64,000 nucleotides of DNA from Patescibacteria group bacterium (GCA_035291665.1 DATDRP010000006.1:209255-273254), one strand, 5' to 3'. Numbered from the stretch's first letter, positions 28,196 through 38,006 are shown. Translations and numbers: made by a program. The notes: generated by a model from the letters alone, not told the origin.

Positions 28196-28444
28196 TTATC
28201 GCTTTAGTAAACGTGCGACAAATATCACAACAGCCGAACCAATGACGGCAACCACCAAGCTATAGATATTAAACCCACTCACACCGGGTTTACCAACCAA
28301 CCCCATGAGAAAACCGCCGACAACCGCACCGACAATACCCAAAATAATATCCGTAATGGTGCCTTGGCTGGAATTGGTTTTCATTACCATAGAAGCTATC
28401 CAACCCGCAATTGCTCCAAAAATAATCCAAAGTATAATTCCCAT
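28196..28444 (-). CDS. GlsB/YeaQ/YmgE-family small membrane protein
   Basis: MGIILWIIFGAIAGWIASMVM... and a Gly-rich second helix, typical of the transglycosylase-associated family. Confidence 0.55.
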   Translation of the reverse strand: MGIILWIIFGAIAGWIASMVMKTNSSQGTITDIILGIVGAVVGGFLMGLVGKPGVSGFNIYSLVVAVIGSAVVIFVARLLKR

Positions 28445-28492
28445 AATATATTCACCCCCAATCTTTCTAGTTAAACAAATCCAATAAACAGA

Positions 28493-28894
28493 CTAATCTG
28501 TGCTAGTCTGTCGTTCGCCGGAAAGTATCCGTACCAACTTAACAATTCCCAAAGCCACAACAGCATATACAATAATTGCGACCAGTGTTGATGGTTCAAG
28601 AACTGAAGTTGTTTCTAGTCCTGGGTTCAACCCACGTCTGAATATCCCTTCAAAAGGTATAATAAAGATTCCGGTTACACCATAAATCAAACCTACGAAT
28701 CCGCTAGCAATACTTGCTCCCATCAATTTCAGTACCAGACGGAATGCTAAAAGTATTTCCAACGCTCCAAAAAAGAAATAAATTAAATATTCAATTGTTT
28801 GAGAACTGGTTGCTACCATTTTGGTTTCGGTAGTAACAGCTTCTTTCGGACCTTCGTTTTGAGTAGTTATTGATTCTTTTACAATTTCTGCCAT
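28493..28894 (-). CDS. small integral membrane protein, possibly YggT-like
   Basis: Two TM segments and an ...IIPFEGIFRRGL block reminiscent of YggT. Weak. Confidence 0.3.
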   Translation of the reverse strand: MAEIVKESITTQNEGPKEAVTTETKMVATSSQTIEYLIYFFFGALEILLAFRLVLKLMGASIASGFVGLIYGVTGIFIIPFEGIFRRGLNPGLETTSVLEPSTLVAIIVYAVVALGIVKLVRILSGERQTSTD

Positions 28895-28959
28895 ATAATT
28901 TCACCCCCTTTGCCCTCCATAGCTTTAGCGACGGAGGGTTCACTTAATAAATCCATTTT

Positions 28960-29550
28960 TTAAGTCACTATTTTTGTCGTGCTTAATTCTTCGAGCTTCG
29001 AGATGAGTTCTTCTTTGGTGTAGCCGGATGTCTCTATTTGTTTATTCACAAACAACCTTAACCCTTCAACGATCCTTCGGGCAAACACCGCTTCCTTCGG
29101 CCATAAATTTCTTATTCTGACTTCATTGTCTTCAAAAGTTTTTGAAATAATAACCAATTGTGCGAAGAATATATCCCTGTTAATAAAAATATTGGCGATA
29201 TCTTTTATATCAACACTATGAATTTCTGAAGAGAGAAGGTGCCGGTTAATTATCGTAATTCGACCCTCCTCAACATTTATGGTGTCGGGAAATAAATCAA
29301 AAGGAAACGCGTGAGAGGAGATGGAGACTAAGATTCTGTTTGACTTTTTAACCAAGTTGGCGATTGCCCTGTTGTTCAACCTTTTCTGTTTATCGGCAGC
29401 CAATGATTCTTTTTCTATCTCTCGCGCTTTGGAAGAAAGGCGATCTTCTCCCTTTTCGAGTAAATCGTCCACTTCGTGCTGAGTATATAGTTTTTCCGGT
29501 CTGTTATTGTTGCTTCTTTTCTGATCATACATTATTAAGTCCATATTCAT
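28960..29550 (-). CDS. hypothetical protein
   Basis: ORF only. Confidence 0.4.
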   Translation of the reverse strand: MNMDLIMYDQKRSNNNRPEKLYTQHEVDDLLEKGEDRLSSKAREIEKESLAADKQKRLNNRAIANLVKKSNRILVSISSHAFPFDLFPDTINVEEGRITIINRHLLSSEIHSVDIKDIANIFINRDIFFAQLVIISKTFEDNEVRIRNLWPKEAVFARRIVEGLRLFVNKQIETSGYTKEELISKLEELSTTKIVT

Positions 29551-29632
29551 TCCTTCTTTCCATCACAACCTTTACAATAAAAACGCCCTTCAAATTATTT
29601 TAGAGGTACACCTGAACCTCAAATTTTCGTAT

Positions 29633-29863
29633 TTAAGAAGACCGTTTGTTATTTCGGGTGGGGGGTTTACTAATTACGGTCTTTCTTATTATTGTTTCTT
29701 TTGGAAGGACATTAATTAAGGACTTTTCAACAAATGCAGTCAAGCTTAAATCTTCGACAACTGCTTGGGCTCTCGCCTGCTTCAAAATTGAAGGATTAAC
29801 GAAAAGCGTTACTCTTTGTTTATTTATGTTAGTAAGAGCCAAGCCACCAATATTAGTTGTCAT
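29633..29863 (-). CDS. possible ribbon-helix-helix (CopG/Arc-like) small DNA-binding protein
   Basis: QRVTLFVNPSILKQARAQAVVEDLSLTAFVEKSL resembles a beta-strand plus two-helix RHH module. Tentative. Confidence 0.3.
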   Translation of the reverse strand: MTTNIGGLALTNINKQRVTLFVNPSILKQARAQAVVEDLSLTAFVEKSLINVLPKETIIRKTVISKPPTRNNKRSS

Positions 29864-29977
29864 ACTTCATATAGTACTACTAGTTGTAGTACTTGTCAAG
29901 TGTCTTATATTTGAGCTTAGATGAAAAATACGGGTCGGGATTTGCACTCTTCAAATGGAAAGATATATATTTAATTA

Positions 29978-30682
29978 GTGTTCAGGAAAGTTATTTTAGT
30001 ATTAACCATTATTCTACTTGGAGTTGTTTTCACGCCTTCGGCCAGCGCTTCCGGGGACTTAATTAAACCGACTTCACGGTTTTATTTTCTGCAGACTTGG
30101 GGAGAAGAAGTCAGACTTTTATTAACCTTTTCGAAAGATAATAAGATCGATTATCTTCTAACCCTGACGGAAAAAAGAGTTGATGAAATTAGTTCATATC
30201 CCTCATCTTCGGTTTTACAAAGGTATGACAGCAATGTAAATAAATTAAGCCGAATAGCTGAGCAAGTGGAAAATAAAGAGGACGCGGTTGAAAAGATAAA
30301 AGGTGCGAATCTTCGTCAACAGGAGATTTTAGCCAAAGTCTATGCAAAAGTTCCCGACGAAGCCAAAGGAGCAATTGTAAATGCGCAGGAGCAATCTTCA
30401 AAACATGTTGCACAGACAATACAAAATGTTCAAGGTTCCGATAATGCACAGAATTTTACAAACCAAGTAGAACAGATAATAAGAATAGAAAAGGCCGGAC
30501 AGGTTGAACAGGTTCCGATGGAAGGAAGCCCGAATGCTAACCCGGGTGAATTTACCCCGAAAGCCATTAATGGACCTAATGAAATAAAAGGAATACTCCC
30601 GTCAAATCAATCGGGAGATAGTGGCGGTCAAATGCAGCCGGCAGAGCCCGTACAAATTAATCAACAGGGTAGCCAATATTAA
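29978..30682 (+). CDS. secreted protein, DUF5667-like N-terminal region
   Basis: Signal peptide. FYFLQTWGEEVRLLLTF... resembles DUF5667 proteins common in Firmicutes and Patescibacteria. Q/N-rich C-terminus. Confidence 0.4.
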   Translation: MFRKVILVLTIILLGVVFTPSASASGDLIKPTSRFYFLQTWGEEVRLLLTFSKDNKIDYLLTLTEKRVDEISSYPSSSVLQRYDSNVNKLSRIAEQVENKEDAVEKIKGANLRQQEILAKVYAKVPDEAKGAIVNAQEQSSKHVAQTIQNVQGSDNAQNFTNQVEQIIRIEKAGQVEQVPMEGSPNANPGEFTPKAINGPNEIKGILPSNQSGDSGGQMQPAEPVQINQQGSQY

Positions 30683-30687
30683 ATGAA

Positions 30688-31638
30688 ATGAAAATCTTAA
30701 AGAAATGGTGGTTTTGGTTAACAATCATACTATTGGTTATTGTCTTGGCTGTATTATTATTTAATTCTTCAAAGAATAAATCTTCATCTTTTACCCCATC
30801 TACCCCCGGTAAAAATCAGGAAACCAATTGGAAAGATGCGGGCGTTGCCGTCAGCGGAAAATATGCCGATGCGGACGTTCTCGATTTGGGAAATGGAAAA
30901 TTCAGAATGTATTATAGCGTTGAACCGGAAGTGCAGGGGAATAAATTGGAAATGTATTCATCCGTTTCTTCTGACGGAATAAAATGGACAAAAGAAGAGG
31001 GGGCAAGAAAGGAATTTGCAACATTTCCGGATGCAGTCAAATTACCGGATGGAACATTCAGATTATATTTTCAGAATGCCGGTGTAATTAAAAGCGCGGT
31101 ATCTTCCGATGGATTGACTTGGAAAGATGAGACAGGAACAAGGATAGGAAATGATGAGAAAGGCTTCAGCTTGGACAATGTTGGAGCACAAACAACAACT
31201 CAATTAAAAGATGGGACATATATTATTGTTTACCGGGGGTTGGAAAATAAGCCGTATGGAAATGAAAAATTACCAAATAATACAACTTCTTACTTTTTCT
31301 ATGCGACGTCCCCGGACGGAATTAATTTTACAAAAAAAGGCATTGCTTTGGATTCCCGGAATTCCACCTTAAAAGGTTTTGTTGATGGAGCGGAATGGGT
31401 GAAATGGGACGACAATGACCTGCGTCTTTATTTTTGGACCTACTCAGGGATCTATCATATTAATTTTCAAAACGGTGCATTTATCGATAAACCCACCTTT
31501 GACTTCAGCAATAATCCGAACCAGCCAATGCCTTCCAATCCCCCGGGTGATCCGACTTTAATTAAGATTGGCAGTTCTTGGTACATGTATTACGGTCAAC
31601 ATACCAAAGGCATTTACTACGCAACTTTAACAAAATAA
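30688..31638 (+). CDS. membrane-anchored BNR/Asp-box repeat protein (beta-propeller, sialidase/glycosidase-like)
   Basis: N-terminal TM. Repeated SxDGxxW boxes (SSDGIKWTK, SSDGLTWKD, SPDGINFTK). Confidence 0.5.
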   Translation: MKILKKWWFWLTIILLVIVLAVLLFNSSKNKSSSFTPSTPGKNQETNWKDAGVAVSGKYADADVLDLGNGKFRMYYSVEPEVQGNKLEMYSSVSSDGIKWTKEEGARKEFATFPDAVKLPDGTFRLYFQNAGVIKSAVSSDGLTWKDETGTRIGNDEKGFSLDNVGAQTTTQLKDGTYIIVYRGLENKPYGNEKLPNNTTSYFFYATSPDGINFTKKGIALDSRNSTLKGFVDGAEWVKWDDNDLRLYFWTYSGIYHINFQNGAFIDKPTFDFSNNPNQPMPSNPPGDPTLIKIGSSWYMYYGQHTKGIYYATLTK

Positions 31639-31641
31639 AAA

Positions 31642-32634
31642 TTGATTAAATATAAAGGCAAAACAAGCGGTTTATTAAAAGCTTTTAAAATTTCTATCGG
31701 TTTAATTCTTTTGGGAATTGTAGCCTTTCTGGGATTTGAGTTTATACCCGGTTTTTTTAAATCCGGAACCGGTAGTCCTTCTTCAAGCAAAGATGTAGTT
31801 GATCTATCGCCTGATCAATATCAAATTAAATCGGTAAATTTACTGGGGTTGGATAAAATAATCGAAACATCCCATTTCTCCATATATTTTCATAGCGGGA
31901 ATGAAGACGAGGCGCGTCAATTGATTACTATTTGCGAGAATGATTACCCTTCGCTTTCGAAATTCTTTGAGAGTACCCCCAAGACAGAGGTTCTATTGAC
32001 TTATGACGCCGATGAATATGTTAATGTTTTTAATGCTGCTCCGCCTTGGGCAGGCGCCGATAGATATAAAGACCCGAAAACTTCAGCCGGGTCTTTCTGT
32101 CCCAGCTGTACAAAAAGTCTAAAAAACGAAACGGAATATATTTATATGCTTCGTCCCGGAATGAAGTCATTTGCTCATGAGATTTCCCATCGCTACTATT
32201 GGTCCAATTACAAAAATCTGCGATTTAATAATGATCTTACATGGCTCAACGAAGGTTTAGCCGTTTATGTTCAGAATGAAATTGCCAAAGGTCCCGGCGG
32301 ATTATCATCAACATCGCTTCCGAATATTAAGAAATTTACCCTACCGGAGAGTTTTTCGGAACTTAACCAGCTTCAGCAGACAGGCTCAACTGATATGTTT
32401 TATGATTTGGTGGGTTTGATGGCTTATTACATTTCGGACCGATCTTCCGATCCGGGACTAAAGAAATTCATCGACGATTTAAACCAAACGAAGGATCTTG
32501 ATAAAACATCACAAAAAATTCTGAATATGAATTCCAACCAACTATTTACCGGATGGAAAGAAAATGTTGAAAAGGTAGCCGCGGGGAATCCAAAAGACTT
32601 CCTAACCAGTTTCAGATCGCAAACTCAAAAATAA
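31642..32634 (+). CDS. secreted putative zinc metallopeptidase (HExxH)
   Basis: N-terminal TM/signal. FAHEISHRYYW HExxH motif followed by NEGLA. Confidence 0.4.
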   Translation: MIKYKGKTSGLLKAFKISIGLILLGIVAFLGFEFIPGFFKSGTGSPSSSKDVVDLSPDQYQIKSVNLLGLDKIIETSHFSIYFHSGNEDEARQLITICENDYPSLSKFFESTPKTEVLLTYDADEYVNVFNAAPPWAGADRYKDPKTSAGSFCPSCTKSLKNETEYIYMLRPGMKSFAHEISHRYYWSNYKNLRFNNDLTWLNEGLAVYVQNEIAKGPGGLSSTSLPNIKKFTLPESFSELNQLQQTGSTDMFYDLVGLMAYYISDRSSDPGLKKFIDDLNQTKDLDKTSQKILNMNSNQLFTGWKENVEKVAAGNPKDFLTSFRSQTQK

Positions 32635-32643
32635 ATCAGTAGA

Positions 32644-33027
32644 CTATTCAACTACCACTTTTCCAACCATTGATGGATGAAGTCCGCAGCTATAATCAAA
32701 ACTTCCCTTTTCCGTAAAAGTAAATTCAAATTTATCGCCCTTCATTAAGGTGGACGAATTAAAAGTATCCGACTTAATTGTATGAGTTACCGAATCTTGA
32801 TTTACCCATGTTACTTTTGTACCCGCCTTAACAGTTAAGGCTCCGGGACTAAAAGTGAAATTTTGGATGTTTACTACGTTAGCAGCTTCTCCGGTTTGTG
32901 ATTGTTGAGCCGGTTGTGTTGAATTTTGTTGGTTTGACGAATATTTATTTTTCGTAAAATAAATAAAACCGCCTACAACAACTATTAATAAAACAATTCC
33001 GATGACAATTTTATTATTCGTATTTAT
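32644..33027 (-). CDS. type-1-copper cupredoxin (plastocyanin/amicyanin-like) with N-terminal TM anchor; no canonical start codon
   Basis: Minus-strand translation from 33048 to the TAG at 32644 gives ...NNKIVIGIVLLIVVVGGFIYF...VTHTIKSD...YSCGLHPSMVGKVVVE. That is a blue-copper H...C..H..M ligand set. GGAGGGGG SD-like sequence 6 nt upstream of an in-frame ATA. No in-frame ATG/GTG/TTG before residue about 100, so it is absent from the ORF track. Confidence 0.45.
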   Translation of the reverse strand: MNTNNKIVIGIVLLIVVVGGFIYFTKNKYSSNQQNSTQPAQQSQTGEAANVVNIQNFTFSPGALTVKAGTKVTWVNQDSVTHTIKSDTFNSSTLMKGDKFEFTFTEKGSFDYSCGLHPSMVGKVVVE

Positions 33028-33109
33028 GCACCCCCTCCAAGTTAGTCTCTAACCATATTATACAAGTTAACTGCCAAATTAAAGGGGAATGAGAAGACAA
33101 ATTTGAAGA

Positions 33110-34702
33110 TTAATTACCCCCGAGTTCAACGATTACTTTATCTATTTCTTCTTTAGTAAGGATCATCCAGGGAGAACTGTCGGGGTTTGATGTTGATGCA
33201 GCCGGACTGTCCCCCTGAGTCCACCATTTTGCCTGATAGGGAATGCCGTTAAAAAGCACCCTCTGGCCGTCATCATAAACTGTCTCACCTGACCATACCG
33301 GATAAATTCCTGCCGGAAGTGTCACCTGGGGAATGGGTTTTTCTCCGGGTAAAACCGGCCCGATGAGTTGCCAGGGAGTTTCCCATGATTGTAGGACCGG
33401 GTTATCGGGAAGATTACCTTGCGTCCACCATTTTGCCTGATATACACTTTGATGCCAAACCACTTTTGTTCCTTGCAAATAAGTTCCCGATTCACTCCAG
33501 ATTTGATAGGGACTTTCATCGGGGTTATCAGGTTTTTGCTTCGTTGCAGGACTTTCAACCGTTATTAAAGATGCGTTACCGCTAATATCTCCGGCAAATC
33601 CCCTGCCAAGAATATTTGTAAAAGCGGACTTTTCCTGCTTTATGCCGCTGCAGGAGTCGGATACGACGCTTATGTTTACATAATTTTCCCCGCACTCGAC
33701 ATCCCTATTTCCCGACCATATTGATATTCTGGCAATGCCTTTTGAGATCGCAAATTCATTCAAACCGGCGGCATCTTCCAGAGTGAATATTTCATCCGCA
33801 AAATCATTTTGGCCGATCATCGGGGTTGCACCGATTTTTGTCCAAAGGGTCGAATCACTAAGGTTTTTTCCCGATTGATTGTACAAAATTCGAAGTTGCC
33901 GGTGAGTTTCGGTTAACGCCATTTCCGAGGCTTGCTGCATGGTTTGGTTCTTTTCCCGGCTTGCACCGTAATCCATAGTCATGACATTTACACCCGCCAA
34001 GTCAACACCTTCCGATAACATCGCAGAAACTGCATTAGTTCCGTCCTGGGTGAGTCCCTGCGGAGAAACGGGTAAAGTCAGCCAAACAGCAAGGCTTTTT
34101 CCTTCAAGTCTTTTAGTTTTTTGAAGTTCAGCAACAACCATTCCCCTTCGCTTCAATGCATCTGGATCAGTGAGGCCGTTGCCTTCAAGATCAAGGTCAA
34201 TCGTATCAATACCATAGCGGTCAATTACAGATTTATACGCTTCAATCAGATTCCCTTGATCTTCACATTTGACTGCAAGCTCATCGTTTCGTAAACCGCC
34301 AAATGATACAGCGATATTGCCCTGCTTTTGCCTGAAAAGAGCAATCCGCCTGTCAAGATCAAGCTGAACTCCGGCTTCGTCAAGCGTGTACGCTCCTCCC
34401 CAGGCGGGTGTACAAGTGTCTTTTGCGGAAGAAACAATAAATGACAAAACCGCATTATTTGATAAACTTTTGCCGTCGATATGCTCAAAATCAAATATTG
34501 GTGTTGCGGTAACATCCACATATTCGGCAAACCAGGGTTTGACGTTTACCGATAAATAATTATCCTTAAACCTTTGCAAGCTCCAAAAAATACTCCAGGA
34601 GATACCCGCAAGCATAAGAAGGGCAAGGATCACCCTCCAAGGAGAAAGTCGTCTTCTTTTTTCTGTATTGACAGTTGTTGAGGTTGCATCTATTTTACTC
34701 AT
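33110..34702 (-). CDS. GH18 chitinase-like glycoside hydrolase with two C-terminal CBM5/12 chitin-binding domains, N-terminal TM anchor
   Basis: GIDTIDLDLEG (DxxDxDxE catalytic motif), VMTMDYGAS. Two C-terminal repeats each containing YQAKWWTQG (CBM5/12 signature). Confidence 0.75.
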   Translation of the reverse strand: MSKIDATSTTVNTEKRRRLSPWRVILALLMLAGISWSIFWSLQRFKDNYLSVNVKPWFAEYVDVTATPIFDFEHIDGKSLSNNAVLSFIVSSAKDTCTPAWGGAYTLDEAGVQLDLDRRIALFRQKQGNIAVSFGGLRNDELAVKCEDQGNLIEAYKSVIDRYGIDTIDLDLEGNGLTDPDALKRRGMVVAELQKTKRLEGKSLAVWLTLPVSPQGLTQDGTNAVSAMLSEGVDLAGVNVMTMDYGASREKNQTMQQASEMALTETHRQLRILYNQSGKNLSDSTLWTKIGATPMIGQNDFADEIFTLEDAAGLNEFAISKGIARISIWSGNRDVECGENYVNISVVSDSCSGIKQEKSAFTNILGRGFAGDISGNASLITVESPATKQKPDNPDESPYQIWSESGTYLQGTKVVWHQSVYQAKWWTQGNLPDNPVLQSWETPWQLIGPVLPGEKPIPQVTLPAGIYPVWSGETVYDDGQRVLFNGIPYQAKWWTQGDSPAASTSNPDSSPWMILTKEEIDKVIVELGGN

Positions 34703-34706
34703 AGTT

Positions 34707-36989
34707 TTATGTCAGGCTTTGCTGAGGGACAACCCCTTTTGCTTCACCGTGGTAAAGAACCGCTTTCCAATCCACGTCAACCTTACTTTCAACTTTATTT
34801 TGCGTCACTTTAACGGGTTTATCTTCAATATAAAGCCAGTCTGTCAGGTTAAGCCATATGTCTTTAAACATATTACCGATGCCGATATAGGCAACAATTG
34901 CCCATGAAGCTGCGAAGGCATTAAATCCTGCAAAGAATGCATTACCCCAATTCTGAATAATTATATTTCGCCATACGGTGAATATAGAAAACCCGACAAT
35001 CAAAAGCGGCACGATGATAAATTGAAGCGAAGCCGGAGTCCGGTCTTTCACTTTCGGAGTACGGGCAAAGGGTATCTTTTTCCCGGTTATTGCCTGTTCA
35101 ATTGACTTTAATACTCCTGCGAGATTAACGGGTAGCATTATCAAGTTGAATCCATAAATTCGAAAAATATCGCTGTATTTGTATCCGCAATATTTCAGGT
35201 CGCTGGCCATAGCTGTAAAGTAAGGAACAGCAGCAAGAAGTACAAGCGGGCTTAACAGCCGGCCGTCGTACGGATATGCCAAAAGAAAGATTAAGCCGAA
35301 TGTCGCCCAGGCAATGGACGCCATATAATTAAGCCGGAGCATAAATTCAGTTCGCGAAACTTCATCGTTTCTGTTTTTTCTCACCTGAATCTGCGAAAAC
35401 AGCTTAGGCATAATAAGGAGTCCTCCATTTGCCCAGCGCCTGCGCTGAACCACCAGTGATCCGAAATCCGGAGGGGTTGCACTATAGCTCAGGCGTTCCG
35501 GATAATTCATGAGCTGCCATCCGTGAAATGTTAAGTCTATGCTAGATTCGGTGTCTTCAATAACGGTTCGGTCCTGAATAAAACGCTTTACAATAAAGCC
35601 GTTTTGCAATTCATTTTCAACAATGTCGTTCAGAGCGATTTTACGAATAACTGCATTAGCTCCTACCCAGAAAGTTGCGCCAAAATAGCTCATCCCTTGG
35701 TGAAGAATATGTTGGATATCAGTGGTTGCACCGGCCAACCGCTCGATTCGAGTATAAGCACCTCGGAAAGATGAGTATGGTGTTTGGGCAACCGCTATCC
35801 GGGCATTTTCAGGCTGTTTTAAAAAATAAACCAACCTCAAGCAATATTCTCTGAGTAAAATTGAATCCGCGTCAAGCGTAAGCAGAAACTCACTATCCGG
35901 AACTGTCAGATTATTAACATTTTTCTTATTTGTCGGTGTAAGGATAATTCCATTAGGCGAATTTTCTTTACGGAAAGTTCCACCCATAAGACCAATATAA
36001 GAATTGAGGTTCATAGCCTTATTGACTTCGTGAGAAAGCGAGACATACTTTTTGCGTTCAAAAACGCTCACATCTCCCTTGAATGTCCATGATAAACGCA
36101 GATATAACTGGTGAATACGGTCTCTTGAGAGTTTTACACCTTCCTTTGCGGACAAATTCAAAGCTTGAGCTACCAAATTTAAATCTTCCGCAAGTTTTTT
36201 AAGTACCTGATCAGCAAAAAAGACATCAACGTGGTCGTCGATTTTTTCTTTTTCAGCCATTTCGTTTAACCAGGCTGATGCCCATTTATAATGAGACGCC
36301 AAAGTTTTTATATCCCCGGTTGTTACGGAATTCTTGATCGGATTATTTTCAAAGCAATTTAGCGCCTTTTTGAATCGGCTGTAAGGCACGGAAAGATAGG
36401 ATTTTATATCCTTGCCAAGATTGCGTGCGCCAATCAAGCGGGCGGCATCTGCCGGATTTGTCGGATAAGGTTTATCATCGAGAAGCAGGATTATTCTCAG
36501 ATTGGGATATTCCTGTAAAGCTGCCGAAAGAAGAGTCTTTCGGATGACTTCATTTTCCTCATTGTAAGAAGGGACCAAAACTGTGATTGCCGGTTGATTT
36601 TTGCTGAAATATTTCTCAAGAATTGCCCTTGGGGTTCTTTCGTGGGCGGCGAATCGTTCAAGCGCCCCGTGGCGGGAAATAAGATACATCAAAGACGAGA
36701 AGGTAAGAAACGAAACGACGAGTGAATAGCTGAATGCCTCCATCGTGAATTGATAATTTTGAGGTCCATCCAAAAGCTGACGGATGATGATTGAAAATAT
36801 ATAAACAAGCCAAAAAACGATCGTAAACATGATACTTAAACGGCTGAGCGTTAATTTGAAAGTTGACGGTTTGTCATGAAAGATTGATAGAGGAGTAGTA
36901 CTTTTTTCAGCACCCCACTGACGTTTTCTTAACTTTTTAATTCTTTGTTTCAAATTTTTCATATTCATGATCAATTTATATTTCCACAT
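34707..36989 (-). CDS. processive family-2 glycosyltransferase (chitin/cellulose synthase-like), multi-TM
   Basis: D, DxD (TLDADS), TED-like (TVIEDTES) and QRRRWANG (QxxRW) motifs. Several TM helices flank the catalytic domain. Confidence 0.75.
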   Translation of the reverse strand: MWKYKLIMNMKNLKQRIKKLRKRQWGAEKSTTPLSIFHDKPSTFKLTLSRLSIMFTIVFWLVYIFSIIIRQLLDGPQNYQFTMEAFSYSLVVSFLTFSSLMYLISRHGALERFAAHERTPRAILEKYFSKNQPAITVLVPSYNEENEVIRKTLLSAALQEYPNLRIILLLDDKPYPTNPADAARLIGARNLGKDIKSYLSVPYSRFKKALNCFENNPIKNSVTTGDIKTLASHYKWASAWLNEMAEKEKIDDHVDVFFADQVLKKLAEDLNLVAQALNLSAKEGVKLSRDRIHQLYLRLSWTFKGDVSVFERKKYVSLSHEVNKAMNLNSYIGLMGGTFRKENSPNGIILTPTNKKNVNNLTVPDSEFLLTLDADSILLREYCLRLVYFLKQPENARIAVAQTPYSSFRGAYTRIERLAGATTDIQHILHQGMSYFGATFWVGANAVIRKIALNDIVENELQNGFIVKRFIQDRTVIEDTESSIDLTFHGWQLMNYPERLSYSATPPDFGSLVVQRRRWANGGLLIMPKLFSQIQVRKNRNDEVSRTEFMLRLNYMASIAWATFGLIFLLAYPYDGRLLSPLVLLAAVPYFTAMASDLKYCGYKYSDIFRIYGFNLIMLPVNLAGVLKSIEQAITGKKIPFARTPKVKDRTPASLQFIIVPLLIVGFSIFTVWRNIIIQNWGNAFFAGFNAFAASWAIVAYIGIGNMFKDIWLNLTDWLYIEDKPVKVTQNKVESKVDVDWKAVLYHGEAKGVVPQQSLT

Positions 36990-37192
36990 ATCGTATAATT
37001 ACGAACATATACTATAGATATCTATTTGTAATCGTGCGTGGATCAAGAGGTGTTATTATAGGCTATAAACAGTATTTATTCAAGCGAAGTTATATGAAAT
37101 CCCCGTTCGTTAATCTGAAGGAAAAGCTGTCCAAATGCCATGATGGTACGAAGTATGAATTTATTCGTAATATTGTATGCTAAAATGCACTT

Positions 37193-37807
37193 ATGGATGA
37201 AAAAATTTTATTCCTAATTCAGCAAGCGGGTACGCTTATGAATATGCCCAGAAGCCACAAAAAACATCTTGGTACTGCCTTTGATACAGTCGCATCTCAC
37301 AGCTTCCATGTTGCTGTGATTGCCTATTGTGTAGCAAGAATGGAAAGGCTGGATAACGAAGCGGCAGCGAAGGCTGCATTAATGGGCCTTTTTCATGATT
37401 TGGTGGAAGCAAGAACCGGAGACGTTGATTTTGTAGGCAAACATTATACGACTACCGATGAAAAGCAAGCTGTGAAAGACCAATTTGATATCAAGGATTT
37501 CGGGAAAGACTTGGTTGGTTTAATAGAAGATTTTGAAGATCGAACTTCTCTGGAAGCAAAGTGCGCGAAGGATGCCGATAGCCTTGAGCAGCTTTATCAG
37601 GAATGGGTACTTTCATGGCAGGGAAATAAACTGGCGAATAAGTGGTTTGAGTCCGACTTCAAGGACAGGGTGCCCGGACTGAGGACGGAATCGGCGAAGA
37701 TGTTAGCCAACAAAATGAAAGACAGTAATCCGCAGGAGTGGTGGTGGTCGCAGTTTGTCAAAGATGACATGGCAATTGATAGAGAAAAATTACTTGGGAA
37801 AAAATAA
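37193..37807 (+). CDS. HD-domain phosphohydrolase, YfbR-like 5'-deoxynucleotidase family
   Basis: SHSFHVAVIAYCVA...LFHDLVEARTGD matches the YfbR H...HD...D pattern. Confidence 0.6.
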   Translation: MDEKILFLIQQAGTLMNMPRSHKKHLGTAFDTVASHSFHVAVIAYCVARMERLDNEAAAKAALMGLFHDLVEARTGDVDFVGKHYTTTDEKQAVKDQFDIKDFGKDLVGLIEDFEDRTSLEAKCAKDADSLEQLYQEWVLSWQGNKLANKWFESDFKDRVPGLRTESAKMLANKMKDSNPQEWWWSQFVKDDMAIDREKLLGKK

Positions 37808-38006
37808 TTCTCTCAAAGTAGGTCACAACAATAATTTCTATCCAAAGGTCCCTTCTAAATGCTTAGTTTTTTTCTAATACCAATTTTTTTAGATTCCGAA
37901 AAAAACTGAAGAAATATGAAGGGTGTCGAGTCAAACTAGACTTTAACCAAGTTGGACTTGATGCAAATCCATTCCTTCCCGCGGGTGAAATTCTATTTGA
38001 GAAAGA

